Assembly: GCA_046563655.1 (NCBI GenBank)
Contig: CM102289.1
Location: 9,052,001-9,116,000 of the forward strand
DNA length: 64,000 bases
Reading direction: 5' to 3'
Source: Yuukianura sp. NJ FZ-2021
Taxonomy: Eukaryota
Made by a program: the position numbers and the translations under genes. Below, in pieces: positions 1-12,531 of the stretch; positions within the stretch are counted from its first letter, which is position 1; every line of letters starts with the position of its first letter. The notes beneath the pieces are model-generated. The model did not search any database and was not told the DNA's origin. It saw only the letters and a program-made list of their open reading frames with translations.

Positions 1-495
1 TAAGAAGTGGATTCCTGGAGAAGTAGTTGTCCAGAGCATCACAGATGAGCAACTTCAGGAGATAGACGATAGTCGCCTCTTTGGTCCACTCCAGCAAGTC
101 CGCCGAGTTCGATCGGGGTCACCGAGGTCAGTCTTAGTCTTTACCAAGGCATATCACCCTCAAAGACTAGCGGAGAAACTGTACGAGAAGTTTGGCGTCA
201 AGGCTGAGCCGAATACAAACAGTTATGACTTTGACGCCAACGGAAGCATTACGTAAGTGTCTGACGTTCCTGGTTCAATAAGACGTCAAAATTTTATTAA
301 TTGATTAAGTTTTTGATTAATTGTTTTGGCACTCACAGTTACAATCCGACAAGTGGTGGATTCGTCATTGAGAAGAAGTCGAGGCAAGGGGGCTACGCTG
401 GATTCAGAAACAAGTTTGTGTGGGAGTTTAATGTTAGGAATGGCAAAGTAAACTTACTTCGATCTGTCAAACCCGGGTTTGAATTTGGCGGCTAA
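1..495 (+). CDS. 3' part of an uncharacterised protein (exons <1-252, 339-495)
   Basis: Open frame KKWIPGEVVV...DANGSI from base 2; GTAAGT donor at 253; CAG acceptor at 338; phase-2 join to ...TYNPTSGGF...FEFGG*. Family not recognised. Confidence 0.6.
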
Positions 496-839
496 ATTCA
501 AAATTTTGAAAAGTTTCTAACATTTTTTAACCCATTTTTGTTACGTTTTTGAAATTACAAAGTTAAACTTTTGCATGTTTTACAATAATAAAAATTATTA
601 CAATAAAAGAAATTTTTACATCATGGATGAAAAAAATTGACAAAACAAAATTTCCCGCCCTGCAAAAAAACGTATTTTGGACGATTGTTCCTACACAGAA
701 TGTGTGTTCCAGATCTTTGACTAAGATGTAAAATGTAAAAACATAAAGTGTAAAAGTGTAAATCGTAAATGTAAAATGTAAAAATGTAAAAAAGTAAAAA
801 AGTAAATTTAAACAAAAACCTGAAGCAGTAAGTTTATTG

Positions 840-1733
840 CTAAATGAGCGACTGCGCAGAGGGCGTTCCTTTGATTTCAAAAGTGACTTTGACCGCTTCC
901 TCTCCTTCGACCTCTGAATCGGAAATTGGTTGCGTAAAAATTGCATTGTGGACCATACTGTATCCATCTCCGTTGGGATTTGGCTCCACGACTGGAAAAT
1001 TGTCTGCATGTTGCTTGGCAAATTTGAGCCGTTGGGCGTAGAGGCCAATGAGACACACAAAGTAGATTCTGAGTGGACCGTAGCTTCCGGAAATAAAAAA
1101 GAGAGAGCCATTTAAGAAAATGGCGACGGAGATGACGACACAGATCCATTCCAGAATCATGAAGATAACTACGAGAATCATCCAGGCTACCAGCAGTAAT
1201 CGGTATTTCTACAAAACAACAACAATTTTTGAATTTCGAGCCATTTGTAGTCTCTAGGAATTTCGTAATTTGAATGTTCGCGCTCACTACCTTGATTATT
1301 CCCACGAGGAGGACAATTGACAGTAAAATATAAACTCCAGCAAAGGCTATAACTCCTTCCCTGAGGATATCTGAAAAGTAATCAAAAATTAATTAACTGA
1401 AACACTTCAGGTAATTAACACTTCAACTAATTAGTTTTCTCAAGCGTTAAGAGCATTACCACTTCTAGGTTTCTCTACGTCGGGTTTCGCAGTGTCATGG
1501 AATACGGTAAGGCCGAGGGAAAACAATCCAGCTACCAAGCAGTAGAACAGCTATGAAAAATCAAAATCAAAACTAATTAAAAAACTAAATTAAAACTAAT
1601 TAACCAAAATTAATTCATAATCGTTTCAACTTACGCATTCTACAATACTAATTGTGAAGGCACAAAGTGGTAACGTCCAGCGCCTTCTTCTATGTTCAGG
1701 GATACCCGGTGGTCGGGCTGGAGGAGGATCCAT
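840..1733 (-). CDS. Small 4-TM membrane protein (LAPTM/DUF4728-like layout); exons 1733-1635, 1550-1460, 1370-~1291, 1208-840
   Basis: Canonical GT/AG junctions with phases 0,1,0 give MDPPPARPP...LCAFTISIVEC|LFYCLVAGLFSLGL...|DILREGVIAFAGVYILLSIVLLVGIIK|KYRLLLVAWMILVVIF...; four hydrophobic segments. Confidence 0.65.
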
Positions 1734-2189
1734 GGTACTTCATTAATCTAAATACTTCATTAATCAAAAATTAAGTATTTGATTTTGGCGGGAATGATTT
1801 TGAAAAACTTGTCATCAATCCGACGGCGCAGCACTCGGTTCTCTTCCAGCTTTGTCCGAATATCTTAGAAGCATTCCCTAGAAAATGAAAATCAACAAAA
1901 GAGAAACGTTCCGTAACTATTGGATTTTGAAAAAGATGAAAAACGTTTTTCAAACGTTCAGAAACGTTGGAATTTTTAGTGCACATGACCAAGCCTTCTT
2001 CTAAGCTTGATCTTAAGTTTATTCTGAAAATCATTACTGATCATGATCACAATGTTTTCTGTATTACAAGTTTGTTGGAATTTGGATGAATCTCACATGA
2101 CTTTTGTAGTTTTTATAGCTTATTGATAAATGGTAATCGCCGCTGTTCCTAATTTCAAAAATTTCAAATTTTCCCGCTCAAAATGGTCC

Positions 2190-3487
2190 TTACTCTACCA
2201 TGTACTTGAGAAAACTGGTTTGGAGCCACTTCAAGTATCTCTCTGCATACGTCTGATTCAGCTTCATACAGTCACTCATGTGGCAGCTGTTGAGCAAATC
2301 GTCATTCATACGTTCAGGATTAGATTTCGGTGAAATTCCTTCGACTAGGTTCTGCTCCTCCGCTAACAAGCGGAATAAAGTGTCCTCGAATTCGGAATTG
2401 GTAAGGAGAGCAGCAGTGTATTGCTTGATGAGGAATTTCCGGTGGTACCAAAGAGACTCATGTCCAGGATAGAACAGCAGCATCCCACGGTTCTCTTTCA
2501 GTTCATCCAAAAGCAACGTTCGGCTGTCGTCTGAACTCAATTGGAATTTCATCATGGAGGAAACTAAAGTCTGCCTGTAGTGATATCCGCAGTAATCTGA
2601 GATGTGTGTGTTGAGCCAAGCATCGGATGCCTGCTTCTCTGAATTGAGTATTCTGATTTTCAGATCATCAGAAACGGGTAATGATAGAAAAGTGTCCAGG
2701 ATCCACCGTCGGTAGTCCCAGGCATGGTAATTGCTAAAGTATTTAGAAGCTGCTTGTTGTGCTAGATTCACTTCTCGGTCAAAAAATTCCATCAAGAATT
2801 CTGTTCCTAGTCCGTTCTGTTTCAGAGAATGTTTGACTAGCCATCTACAAATCAGAAACATTTCAATTAGTTAATTCAAACGTAGACTAATAAAAAAGTT
2901 TATGAAATGTGAGTTAGACTTACTTTCGATAGTAAAATGTTTCAGAAGACTTTGGTTTTCTTGAACAGACGAGTCCGACTAAATGAAATTCTTGCTCCAC
3001 GCTAACATATCCATTGGTAACTGCCTCACGCCGGAAATTCCAAGCAGTAGTTAGATCAGGATTGAGAAGAATAAGCAACCGTGTCAATTCCAAACATTTG
3101 CTCCACTTCTCTCCTTCGGTGAGTTGGGAATAATCGATTTTAGTCTTCATAGGACTTGCATCTTTGGAACTGACGTGGACACATTTTTGAGGCCTCAATA
3201 AAATGAAGTTACAGAAGGAATGTGAGTAAACAAATCCAATACACCATGACTCTAGACCTAGTTTGTGCTCCAGATGAATCACTGGAGAACGGTTGGATTG
3301 GCTCTCCTGAGGTACAATGTCAAACTCGTCTCTAAATGAATAAAAAGCAATGAATCACCACAACTTCCCACTTATGTCAATTGTAACTTTGAATTTTATG
3401 TCAATTGACTTACAATTGATCATCCTTTTCGAACACCGAGTTCAGATTGAGGATGATCCTCTCGGCAACTTCGGCTACTTCGTTCAT
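2190..3487 (-). CDS. PTAR1: Protein prenyltransferase alpha subunit repeat-containing protein 1; exons 3487-3414, 3331-2924, 2844-2190
   Basis: NRSPVIHLEHKLGLESWC, LLNPDLTTAWNFRR, YFSNYHAWDYRRW, SDYCGYHYRQ and YPGHESLWYHR are PPTA-repeat/PTAR1 motifs; splice phases are consistent. Confidence 0.92.
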
Positions 3488-4101
3488 TGATCTGGTGTCA
3501 AGAGTATCCGAATCCGATTTGGCAAGACGAGAAGATGATGTTGATGGTGTTAGTTGTCTCACGCCTTTTCCCAGCCAGTATTGAACACATTGCATGAGTG
3601 AGCCTGAGCCGTGACTTATTAATGTTAGTTTTCCAACGTCCTGATTGTCCAATGTCCAGCCCCTCAGATTCAGAATGTCTCTCAATGTCTTCCGTAACGT
3701 TTCGGATATCAACAGCTGTAAAACCAAAACAAAAGTAGCAACAAGGTTGAAAATGAAAATAGTTTTCGAACTCGAAGAAAATTAAAGTTTGTTAACTTGA
3801 AATTAAGTTTCCTGTGTTAATGAATTACTTAAGTCTGACCTCTTTTATGGCTCGTAAACGATTAAAGTTGTGTCAACAAGTAATTGACGATTGACAGATT
3901 CCAGCCAAAATTTTAACACCCCGGTTTTAGCAACTGAAAGACTGAAACTGAAACCAGCAAAACACACGTGACAATTGAGTGATTCCTGTCTACATTTCGG
4001 CGGCGCCGTGTTGTAGTAAAAAAAAGTTGTCTGTTTTTAGGAACTAAAAATCGTTCGTTCCTTACCGAATTCCGTAACTTCCAAGTTGAAAACTGCTTAA
4101 A

Positions 4102-5150
4102 ATGTCGACAGTGGACCACGAGCAGCTGTTGACCTCTCTGGAAGACCGTGTTTTGACCCTGGAACGTCAAATTTTCGGTGACGAATTACATTCAAAAATT
4201 CAACAGCAAAGAAAGGTAAAGTTTTCCTTTTTAAAAATTTCTGTCACTTTTCAAATTTGTTTACATTAGTTTCTTTTTCAACCGTCGCTAGATGGCGTGC
4301 CACTTAGCATTGCCAATGTCAAATGACGCTCAACGCTTAAGTTTAACTTGACCTTTGACCCGAACATTTTGGTTTTTTTAGATTCCAGATGAAATCATCC
4401 AAATTAACTCACAGATTCATCGCTCAGTGCGAAACAAAGAAAATATTTCGACGCTTATGGGAAAAAGTAAGTATGATTCCGCTAAAGTTCGGAAAAATTC
4501 ATACTTTAGAAACCATTTTTTTGAAAGAATGAAATTGACTGATTTTTTTTAAATTATAGTTGAGAAAGTACTGGAGTTGCTGGAACTGGAAGAAAGTAGT
4601 CATCTTTTGGGATCAGAAGCCAAAGCCAATGCAATTCTAGCTGCTGAACCGCTGATTCGACAAACCCATGGCCTTATGCAGCAAATCAACCTGGATAAAA
4701 TCAATGACGCCATGAACAGTGACGCCATTCGAAGTGAGTTCCAAATCTGACACTATTTTGGTCCATACGCAATCATTCCACAAACTTAAACTTGTTTATC
4801 AATGCAGTTTTCTCAAAAACTGGTTTGTGTCTATGACGTAAACTTACTCTGAATTGAGCTTTCTTTAGAAAAAAAATTGACAGAAAATGCTTATCCTAGC
4901 AAAAATCTTGGACTTTCTGTGATACTGACGTACAGAATTTTCCAGTTTCCAGTTTAACCCAATTGAGTTTTAACTTAATTAAGGTTAACTTTATAATTTT
5001 TTCATAGGTTTGATCTCAATGTCCGGCCAATTATCCAAACTGCGTGTAACTCAAATGGAACAAGAAGCAGCATATGACGAAATTTCTGCCAGAATCAAAG
5101 GAATTGAGGAAGCCATCAAAGTCGTTCTCAGCGGTTTGGAATATGCTTGA
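4102..5150 (+). CDS. DCTN3: Dynactin subunit 3 (p24/p22); exons 4102-4215, 4382-4466, 4560-4734, 5008-5150 (3' end uncertain)
   Basis: Spliced product MSTVDHEQLLTSLEDRVLTLERQIFG...KENISTLMGKIEKVLELL...AKANAILAAEPLIRQ...LSKLRVTQMEQ resembles p24 (LQARVEELERWVYG; KLQFILAEEQFI). Head-to-head with PTAR1. Absent from the ORF track. Confidence 0.75.
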
Positions 5151-5260
5151 ATACTGGAATGCTGGAAAATACTTGAATACTGGAATACTGGAATATGCTT
5201 GAATACTTGGGAATACTTGAGTACTGGAATACTTGAATTTGCTAGAATACTTGAATATTT
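5138..5260. repeat. Degenerate tandem repeat of GAATAC(T/G)(T/G)G units
   Basis: ggaatatgcttgaatactggaatgctggaaaatacttgaatactggaatactgg... visible directly. Confidence 0.8.
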
Positions 5261-8200
5261 GAATTTACTAATTTGCTTCAGTTTCATCTTAAAATTAGTT
5301 TCCATAACTTTTTGTTTTAGTTCAACGTATTTCTGAACACAAGTAAAGATCTAGGAAGTATTGTCTAAAATGCTGTCAATAATTCATTAGATGCTGCAGA
5401 AGCATCAAATGCTGTCAACAGTTCCTTAGATACTGCGGAAGCATCAAATGGAACAACAAAGAATAGCTGCAATACTTAATACAGAAGTTCCTGGAAAGCT
5501 GGAATAAAAAAAAAGAGATTAACATATCACCACCACCGCCAGTATAATTTATGTTGAATTGTGGCTTTTTGCATGACTCATCTTTCTGATGCCACATGTT
5601 TTATTTTGGCTGATTTTGAGTGATACTGCGAATTAACTTTTTGGAAAACTGTTTTTTATGGTGTAATTTTTGGGAAAATACTAAATATTTTTAACTCAAA
5701 ACGCTGATAAAGTTAACACTGATTTGGCAATCGGAAAACAAAAATTTCCTCATCTCGAAAAGTGGCAAATTGTTTACCAACAATCAAGATACAAATTTTG
5801 TTGTCGTTTTTAAAAGAAACATATTTTTGAATTCCTATTTTTGGAATTTTTTTTTCATATTTGCTGCATTTTTTTAGCAATTGCACGATTGTATTCATGG
5901 TGGCTCTCCAACTGAATCAATTTCACAATGAACTCCGCCGTATCTTGTTTGTTTTTTAGTCCTGGACAAAAAAAGTTGTCTCTAAAATTGTAGATTAGCA
6001 AGTTTAACCACAAATTGACAACAAATGGCTGGGTTTTCACTTTTTAGCATTTGTTAGCACACCAACAAATACGCAGTTAGCCTAACCAGTCTTGTGAACT
6101 CTTAACTTTTTGGCGAAAAACAGCAAGGTTATCGTACGGAGGTCTAGACGCTGAGCATTCATTCGCATTTTGGCACAAAGTGCTAAAAACTATAAGGTTT
6201 TATAAGGCAAAAAAAATTTCAGTCTTTGTTTGTTCGCCAAAATCTGCAAAAGTAAAAGTTCTTTTTGCAGACGATAGGCTCAAGTAACTGCTTGTTTTTT
6301 GTTAAAACAAATTGGCAACAAATCAACTGCTAAAAGCTAGAGGTCACTTAACCCAGCATTATTGCTAATTTTGTTGCTAATTGCTAATTGTATTGCTAAT
6401 TGCTAACCTAACATTATGAATCCTTCAGTTTTCAAAAATTCGCACCTTTTGTGATAGTGACTCAACGTGTTTTTTTTTTTTTGTTCTAAAATTTCTGAAA
6501 CTTCATTCAAACATTTTTTGGCATCGAGAAGGCAAAGGCTAAGCGCCAGAGTCGCTTTTTAAGCCGGATTTGATTAAAAAATGAGTTGGTTTTTATTCAT
6601 TCATGTTCCGAAAAGACTAAAAAAGTCTAAAGAGCGCTGATTTTCAAAATGTGGGCGGATTACGGTTAGTGACAGACGTGATTTCCTGGAGCAGTTATGA
6701 TTTTCTATAAATCTAATTTGAACTTATCTAATCAGGTCATCATCATTACATGGACCGTCATCCGCCTTTTGAGTTTTCAACTAAAGTTCAATTCATTTGA
6801 AACTCATGACAAATCATGTCCGTGCGTCCAGGTAAACTATACCTGGACTCAATTACAAAACTTCAAAGTACTTGGCAGCATCAGTACTCTGATCTCATTT
6901 CAACACTTAGTTTAAGTACTGCTGACGTGTCCATTTGTACCCAACGTGTCCAATCACGCTACAAATCGACAAAAACCAAGTGATTAAAATCACCAAATCA
7001 GAAATGACGTAAACTTCCCCTAAATTGCATAAAATGAATCACGAAATTCGCATTGTTTGGTGTAAATTTTTTAATTTTGGGTTAAATGGGATATCCTTGT
7101 AAGGTTAAATTTACTTGACCTTGCATTAGCAAAGGTCAGCGCATTAAAAGCTACATTTCCTTTTTCTTTTGAGGAAATCCGGAAGGAAATTTCAAAATTT
7201 AGAAACTTTCCATAAAAAGCAAAGACAAAAATAAGCCGTACTTGTTTTGTCGTTTGATTTTATCGAATTTCGAATCAAAATTTTGTTTCGTGACTTCATA
7301 CATGTTCTAAAAAAGAAATAAAATGGAAAGTTTTCTTTTTCGTTTTTGGCCAAATGAGTCATGAGAATGGAACAGACAATGGAAAAGACTAGTGACTCAT
7401 GTCATGTCATGGGATCATTAGCAGTTAATAAACCCACGAAAGCAACAAACTTTCTACGTCCTTCTAGAATTTGCACGTTGCGGTTTTTTTAAATTTGGAA
7501 CACACCACGCTTCTTTGTTCCGGTGCCAAAAATTGACACGAAACGAAAAATAGCGACCCACGCCTTATGGGTTTTCCAATTCCAAAAATAGGCTATTTTT
7601 CTACGAACTTTATTTTGCCAAAATTATTCATTTTTTGAAAAAACTAAAGAAAAAAAACTTATTGTTGCAAAAAAAATTAAGATTTGAAGGATTTCCTTCC
7701 AGGATCCTTGGACAACACAACGGAAATTGGCCGATGTAGTTTTTATTTGAACCAGAATACTTCCGACCTTGGGTACTTCCAAGTATTTTTTGTACTTCCA
7801 AGTATATTGGGTACTTCCAAGCATGTTTCAGCATCATTCATAAGAATTAATTATAGGATTAACAAAGAAGTTTTTGCCAAAAAAGAGTTTTTGGTGGCAG
7901 AAGGTCAGCAGGAGTAAAAGGAAGTGGCCTCCATTTTGTTAGAGTTGTGCACCAAGTGCAAGGGAACCAGGAAGGAAGTACGGTTTGGCGGTTAAATTTG
8001 AAAATGAAAATCCAAAAGGTCAAATCCAAAGGTCACCATTTATTGGCAGGTTAACGTTACAATCATGATTTGTGTTAGGTTGGACATTACGTAACTTCCA
8101 TAAATTGAATTTTGGTTGTGGGTTTGACCTGATGAATGGCAAGTTAACTTGTGTAAGGTATTGCAAATATGGATAGCAAGGTCGTCTTCTTTTTTCTTAA

Positions 8201-10199
8201 CATCTGAGTGGTTTAGAAATTCAATTCACATGTAGTATACAAGTTTGTGAAAAAACTGTTTAAGTTTATATTACGTTAATGTACAAATGTGGAACACATA
8301 ACGATAAGATTAACTAACCTTTTTGTTGGATTTGCCAGTTGCTAATTTCAGACGCGTGCACAATTCTATGCAGTGTTTTTTCTTTACAACTTTTTGAATC
8401 TTTGATTATGCAATGTCCAGTCCAGCCAAAGGTGATCTGTCTGTGACCTAATGTTTCTTACGTGTCAACTCGTGGAAGTTTTAATTTATGTATACACGTT
8501 GCATAATCCAACATCAATGTAAAATGTGACACATTTACAAACTTTTACTACGACTTTAGGTAAATACACGCGGAAATAAGAAACAGACACATGCAAACTA
8601 AAATTTCGCAATTTAGCAAATGAAGGCCGACGGTTTTCTTGGAGGTGACCTTCAAATATTCTCCAGGTCAACTTTTTTTTTCTAAATGCAAAAGTCATCA
8701 TGTCATTTTCAAAATCTTGTCCACATTTTTATGTGAAAGACTTAAAAAGTTAACTTTGAAGTTTTCAGTTGAATTAAAGTTAAGTTTAAAGCGGATTAGA
8801 TTTTGAGAGAACAATAAACAGGATGAATGATATGAATTAAGCTTGAGAATAACATTGGATTTATTCTTGTAAAAGTTCAATTACTTTGTATTGTTTTTAG
8901 TTTTCTAAAGGTCATTGACCTGTTAAACGAGTTTTTCATGACACTACAATTCGAAACTGGTGCACAACTCTATTGTTCGCGGCGGGCAGAAATTCAAAGC
9001 CCGCGAAAATCAAATTTCCAGTGTCAACATGTTTGAAATTGAATTTGACATGTCACGTGTTTCTATCCTTCTCTCTTTTTTTCCTCTCTCTCTTTCGCTC
9101 CTTTGTCATTTTTCTTTTAAATCGAAACGTCACTGGAACGTAATCAATCGAAGGCTGTAGAAATTTTAGAAACTGCGGAGTAACGTTCTTGGAAAGTTTT
9201 TTGAAGTTGACCTTCAGTACTGGACGATAGACAGTAGTTTTTTGAGTTACTGTCTTTCAACGTTTCGATACCATTTCGATAGACGACAATCTCTGTAAGT
9301 ACCTTGAAGACTGAAACTAAGCTAATTGATTACTGATTGAAACTTTCAATTTGAAAGACATTCTATCAACGATCACAGAATCACAGGTAAAGTTAATCAT
9401 GGAAGATTTTTACGACTTAACTTCACTAAAGTTAAATTATGTCCAGCCAACATGGAAAAACATGAATCATACACCAAACCTAATGCATTACCTTCTGCTC
9501 TTGGTTTATTAGAATCCATCAATTCAAAATCCAGGTATTTTCAATCGTCATTCGAAGTCTTATCCAGGCAACAACCGCTGCTCCTCCAGTCGTCAATTGA
9601 CAGTCGCCCGATCAAGTTCCAGCTTTTTATTTCTCCATTTTTCAAACAAAGTCATACCCTACCCTGCCTTACATCACACTCTTCTGACTCAACGTTTTTA
9701 CAACGAAGTACAACGGATACCAACTGACAGATACCAAACAACAACAACTGGATCGACCAATAGCTGCTAAGAAGCATTGCATTTTCGCATTTTGGACACA
9801 CGGATAACGTGATTCTCCTTGATTCTCCGAAAAAAACGGTAAACACTTTTGACATTGTTTTTTGTTATTGCCAAAATCGTAGCTGAATCAGCAAGAGCGT
9901 ACGTGTCGCCGCAAAGTACAATGAAGAGAACAAGAGATATGCCACGGGGTGCTTGACGTGCTTCATGTCATGCCGATGACGACGTTACGGGGATCATCCT
10001 TGCCTCATGTAAATCGCTTTGGTGATTGCATGTGGTACTCCAGACAGACCACTCACTCACTACACAACTCGTGAACTGTTGCTGGACATGAAAGCTGTTT
10101 TACTACGGAAAAACCGTCATGTTTTGCATTCACTGCTGAGTTGGCTCAATTCTCATTTTTTTCTGTTGTTCTGTAGATTTCGCCTGAAGTTGTTGTGGC

Positions 10200-11878
10200 A
10201 TGATGGAAATGATGACGAAAGACTCTTCTGTGTATAAATGGGCCCACAAGGGAGCTGGGGCAATTCAGTCAGGATTTGCATTACTGTCGGCTCATCTCCT
10301 TACTGCACTCCTCTACTGTTGGCATTGGACAATAACTACTGCCAGCATCTGTCGTCAGAAGTATCCTCCAATTGCTGCTATTGAAAACTACTTTATCTCT
10401 GTCTGGAACTCTCTTTGCTCAACAATGACCGTGGAAGTTATTTCGGCGCCGGTGATACTTGAACCGCTTGGACTCCATGATTCATCTCCTCAACTCACGA
10501 CTGCTGCTGTGCCTATTCTCCGCCTCAATTCTGTTGCCATGGACGAATACTTGACTACTGCCAATACTGCTGAAACTGACGAAGTTCCTGAGTTTATTGG
10601 CAGTTGTAGTTACAATAGTAACTCAGACGACTGCGACAGTGGCCTAGTCGGTTCGGATCCAGACGAAAACGAATTGAGTTCAGATGATGCCGGATTTCAA
10701 GAAGAAAGTAACCGAATTCCACAAGAACCTTCTTATCGTCGAGACAGTGACTCTAGTGACATTTCGTCTGATGGGGGCCAAGAAGTCAATGAAAAACAAA
10801 CCAAAGAAGTTGCGACCAGACTCATCTCACAAGTTGAGTCCATGTTCTCAGATGAGCATTTGGCCAAAGATGGATTTCTGTTGAAACACGTTCGACGTCG
10901 GTCTGATGGCTTCGTTTCTCTTAAACTTGTTGCTGGACTGCGCAAGGTCAAACAAATTTCACGTGACTTTCCGACTGTGCTTGCGGCCTTGAAAGAATCG
11001 GGAAAGTTGGAAATCAATTCAGAGGGAACGAAGATTCGTCGTACAGAGGCCTTGACGCCGTACTTGAAGTCACTCCCTGTTGGAGGCGGGAATAAAGAGA
11101 AAGAGAATAAAGCATTTGGAACAAGCAACGGAGCATCTTCTGATTCTGCACAAGATGATCGGTAAGTCACAAAAAACGAAATTTTTAAAAATGATAAGAT
11201 TTTAATTACTTTTTTGAATTTTTGGAATGTTAATTAAAAGTTACCTTGAACTTTGGTTTTTGAACTTGAAACTTAATCTTATGTCTTGAATCTTGTTTTT
11301 GCAGAGTTTTGATGCGAAATGGCTACAACCACTCAAACGGTTACCAAAGACGGAATTCACGGAATAACAGCATCGTTTCTTCTGGAAGCTCCGCCCCGGG
11401 CAGTCGCAATGGCAGTTTCTGCAAGCAATCGAATGAACCTTTGTTTCGGAACATGATGGTCTACGCTCCAGATGAGCCGCAGGGTATTCGGCGCCGTGGT
11501 GGATCACTTCCGATGACCTCAGTCATGTCACATGGTGGCCAGCATCACTACTACCCAGCACCAGCACAAGATGCTGGACCGTTGAGCCAAAAACGCACCA
11601 GTCTCTTCCTGTCAACCAGCCCGCTGCAGGCCGAAGTCCCGAAGTTTCCAATTCGACCAAAGTCAAACAGCTACTGTGAAGGTCTTGGACTAAGAACTGG
11701 AAATGCTGGAAATACTGCCAATACTGGCACCAGCGTCTGGCTTCAGCGGAGAATGGAGTCGAGCCGTGCTGCTTCCGAGGGGTCGGTGGTCACCAATGGA
11801 GTCGTTCGTCAACCCCGTGGCCCGGATGGAACTCGAGGATTTGCTGCTGGGTCGCGTCGAACTCTGGCAGTTATGTAG
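10200..11878 (+). CDS. LARP6: La-related protein 6 (Acheron)-like; exons 10200-11161, 11305-11878
   Basis: La motif (QVESMFSDEHLAKDGFLLKHVRRRSDGFVSLKLVAGLRKVK...KIRR) and C-terminal SUZ-C/LSA motif VVRQPRGPDGTRGF; phase-2 GT-AG intron 11162-11304. Start codon uncertain. Confidence 0.85.
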
Positions 11879-12531
11879 ACAAAACCAGGATGAATTGATT
11901 TTACTTTTGTTTTTGTTTACGACGATCCTGCTACTCTTGTTTAACTTATTGTTTTTTAGATGTTTAAGTATTTATTTAGATTTTTTGTTTATTGTGAAAA
12001 CTTATTAGATAACTGCGCCTCTTTCTGTAGATCCGTTCAGCAACTGAGTTTTTACGTTGCTGATTTGATGGAAAAAGACTTGAAGTTTAAGCAGTTTGTG
12101 ACAAAGGGGGAGCCACTTGGTTCCCTACTACTAAAATATTGTACATTTTTGTTATTATTATTATTATATTTCTCATGACAAACCAAACCTGAGCAAATTG
12201 TTGCTCAATTTAAATGAGTAATCTATGAAGTTGATATTTTCAAAATTATTATTAACTTACTTCATAACCATGATGGAATAGTGTAGTAAAATTATATTAT
12301 CTTCAATTCAAAAACGTTGTTTTCTTTCAAAATCTGTAGCTGAGATTTTTGAAACTCGTGATTTATTTCATTTTTGATTGTTTATTTATTCTTAACCCAA
12401 GGAATTTGGTCGATTGGGATTGGTCGAAGAACTGACCAATCACTGGAGCCGTTACAAAACGAATGGCAGGGGGTTATAATTTTTATAACTTCTATAAAAC
12501 TTCCATGCTTTCTATAGCTTTCCATTCAGTT

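Noticed and set aside
563..1111. 182-aa minus-strand ORF
   Set aside because: Alternative frame over the 4-TM gene's last exon, running into an AAATGT-type 3' UTR repeat.
3488..3727. Upstream in-frame extension of PTAR1 in the ORF track
   Set aside because: It has no ATG start, and similarity to PTAR1 begins at Met 3487; probably 5' UTR.
5700..6420. Possible MITE with CCCAGC/GCTGGG ends and TTGCTAA repeats
   Set aside because: I could not pair terminal repeats in the right orientation or find a target-site duplication.
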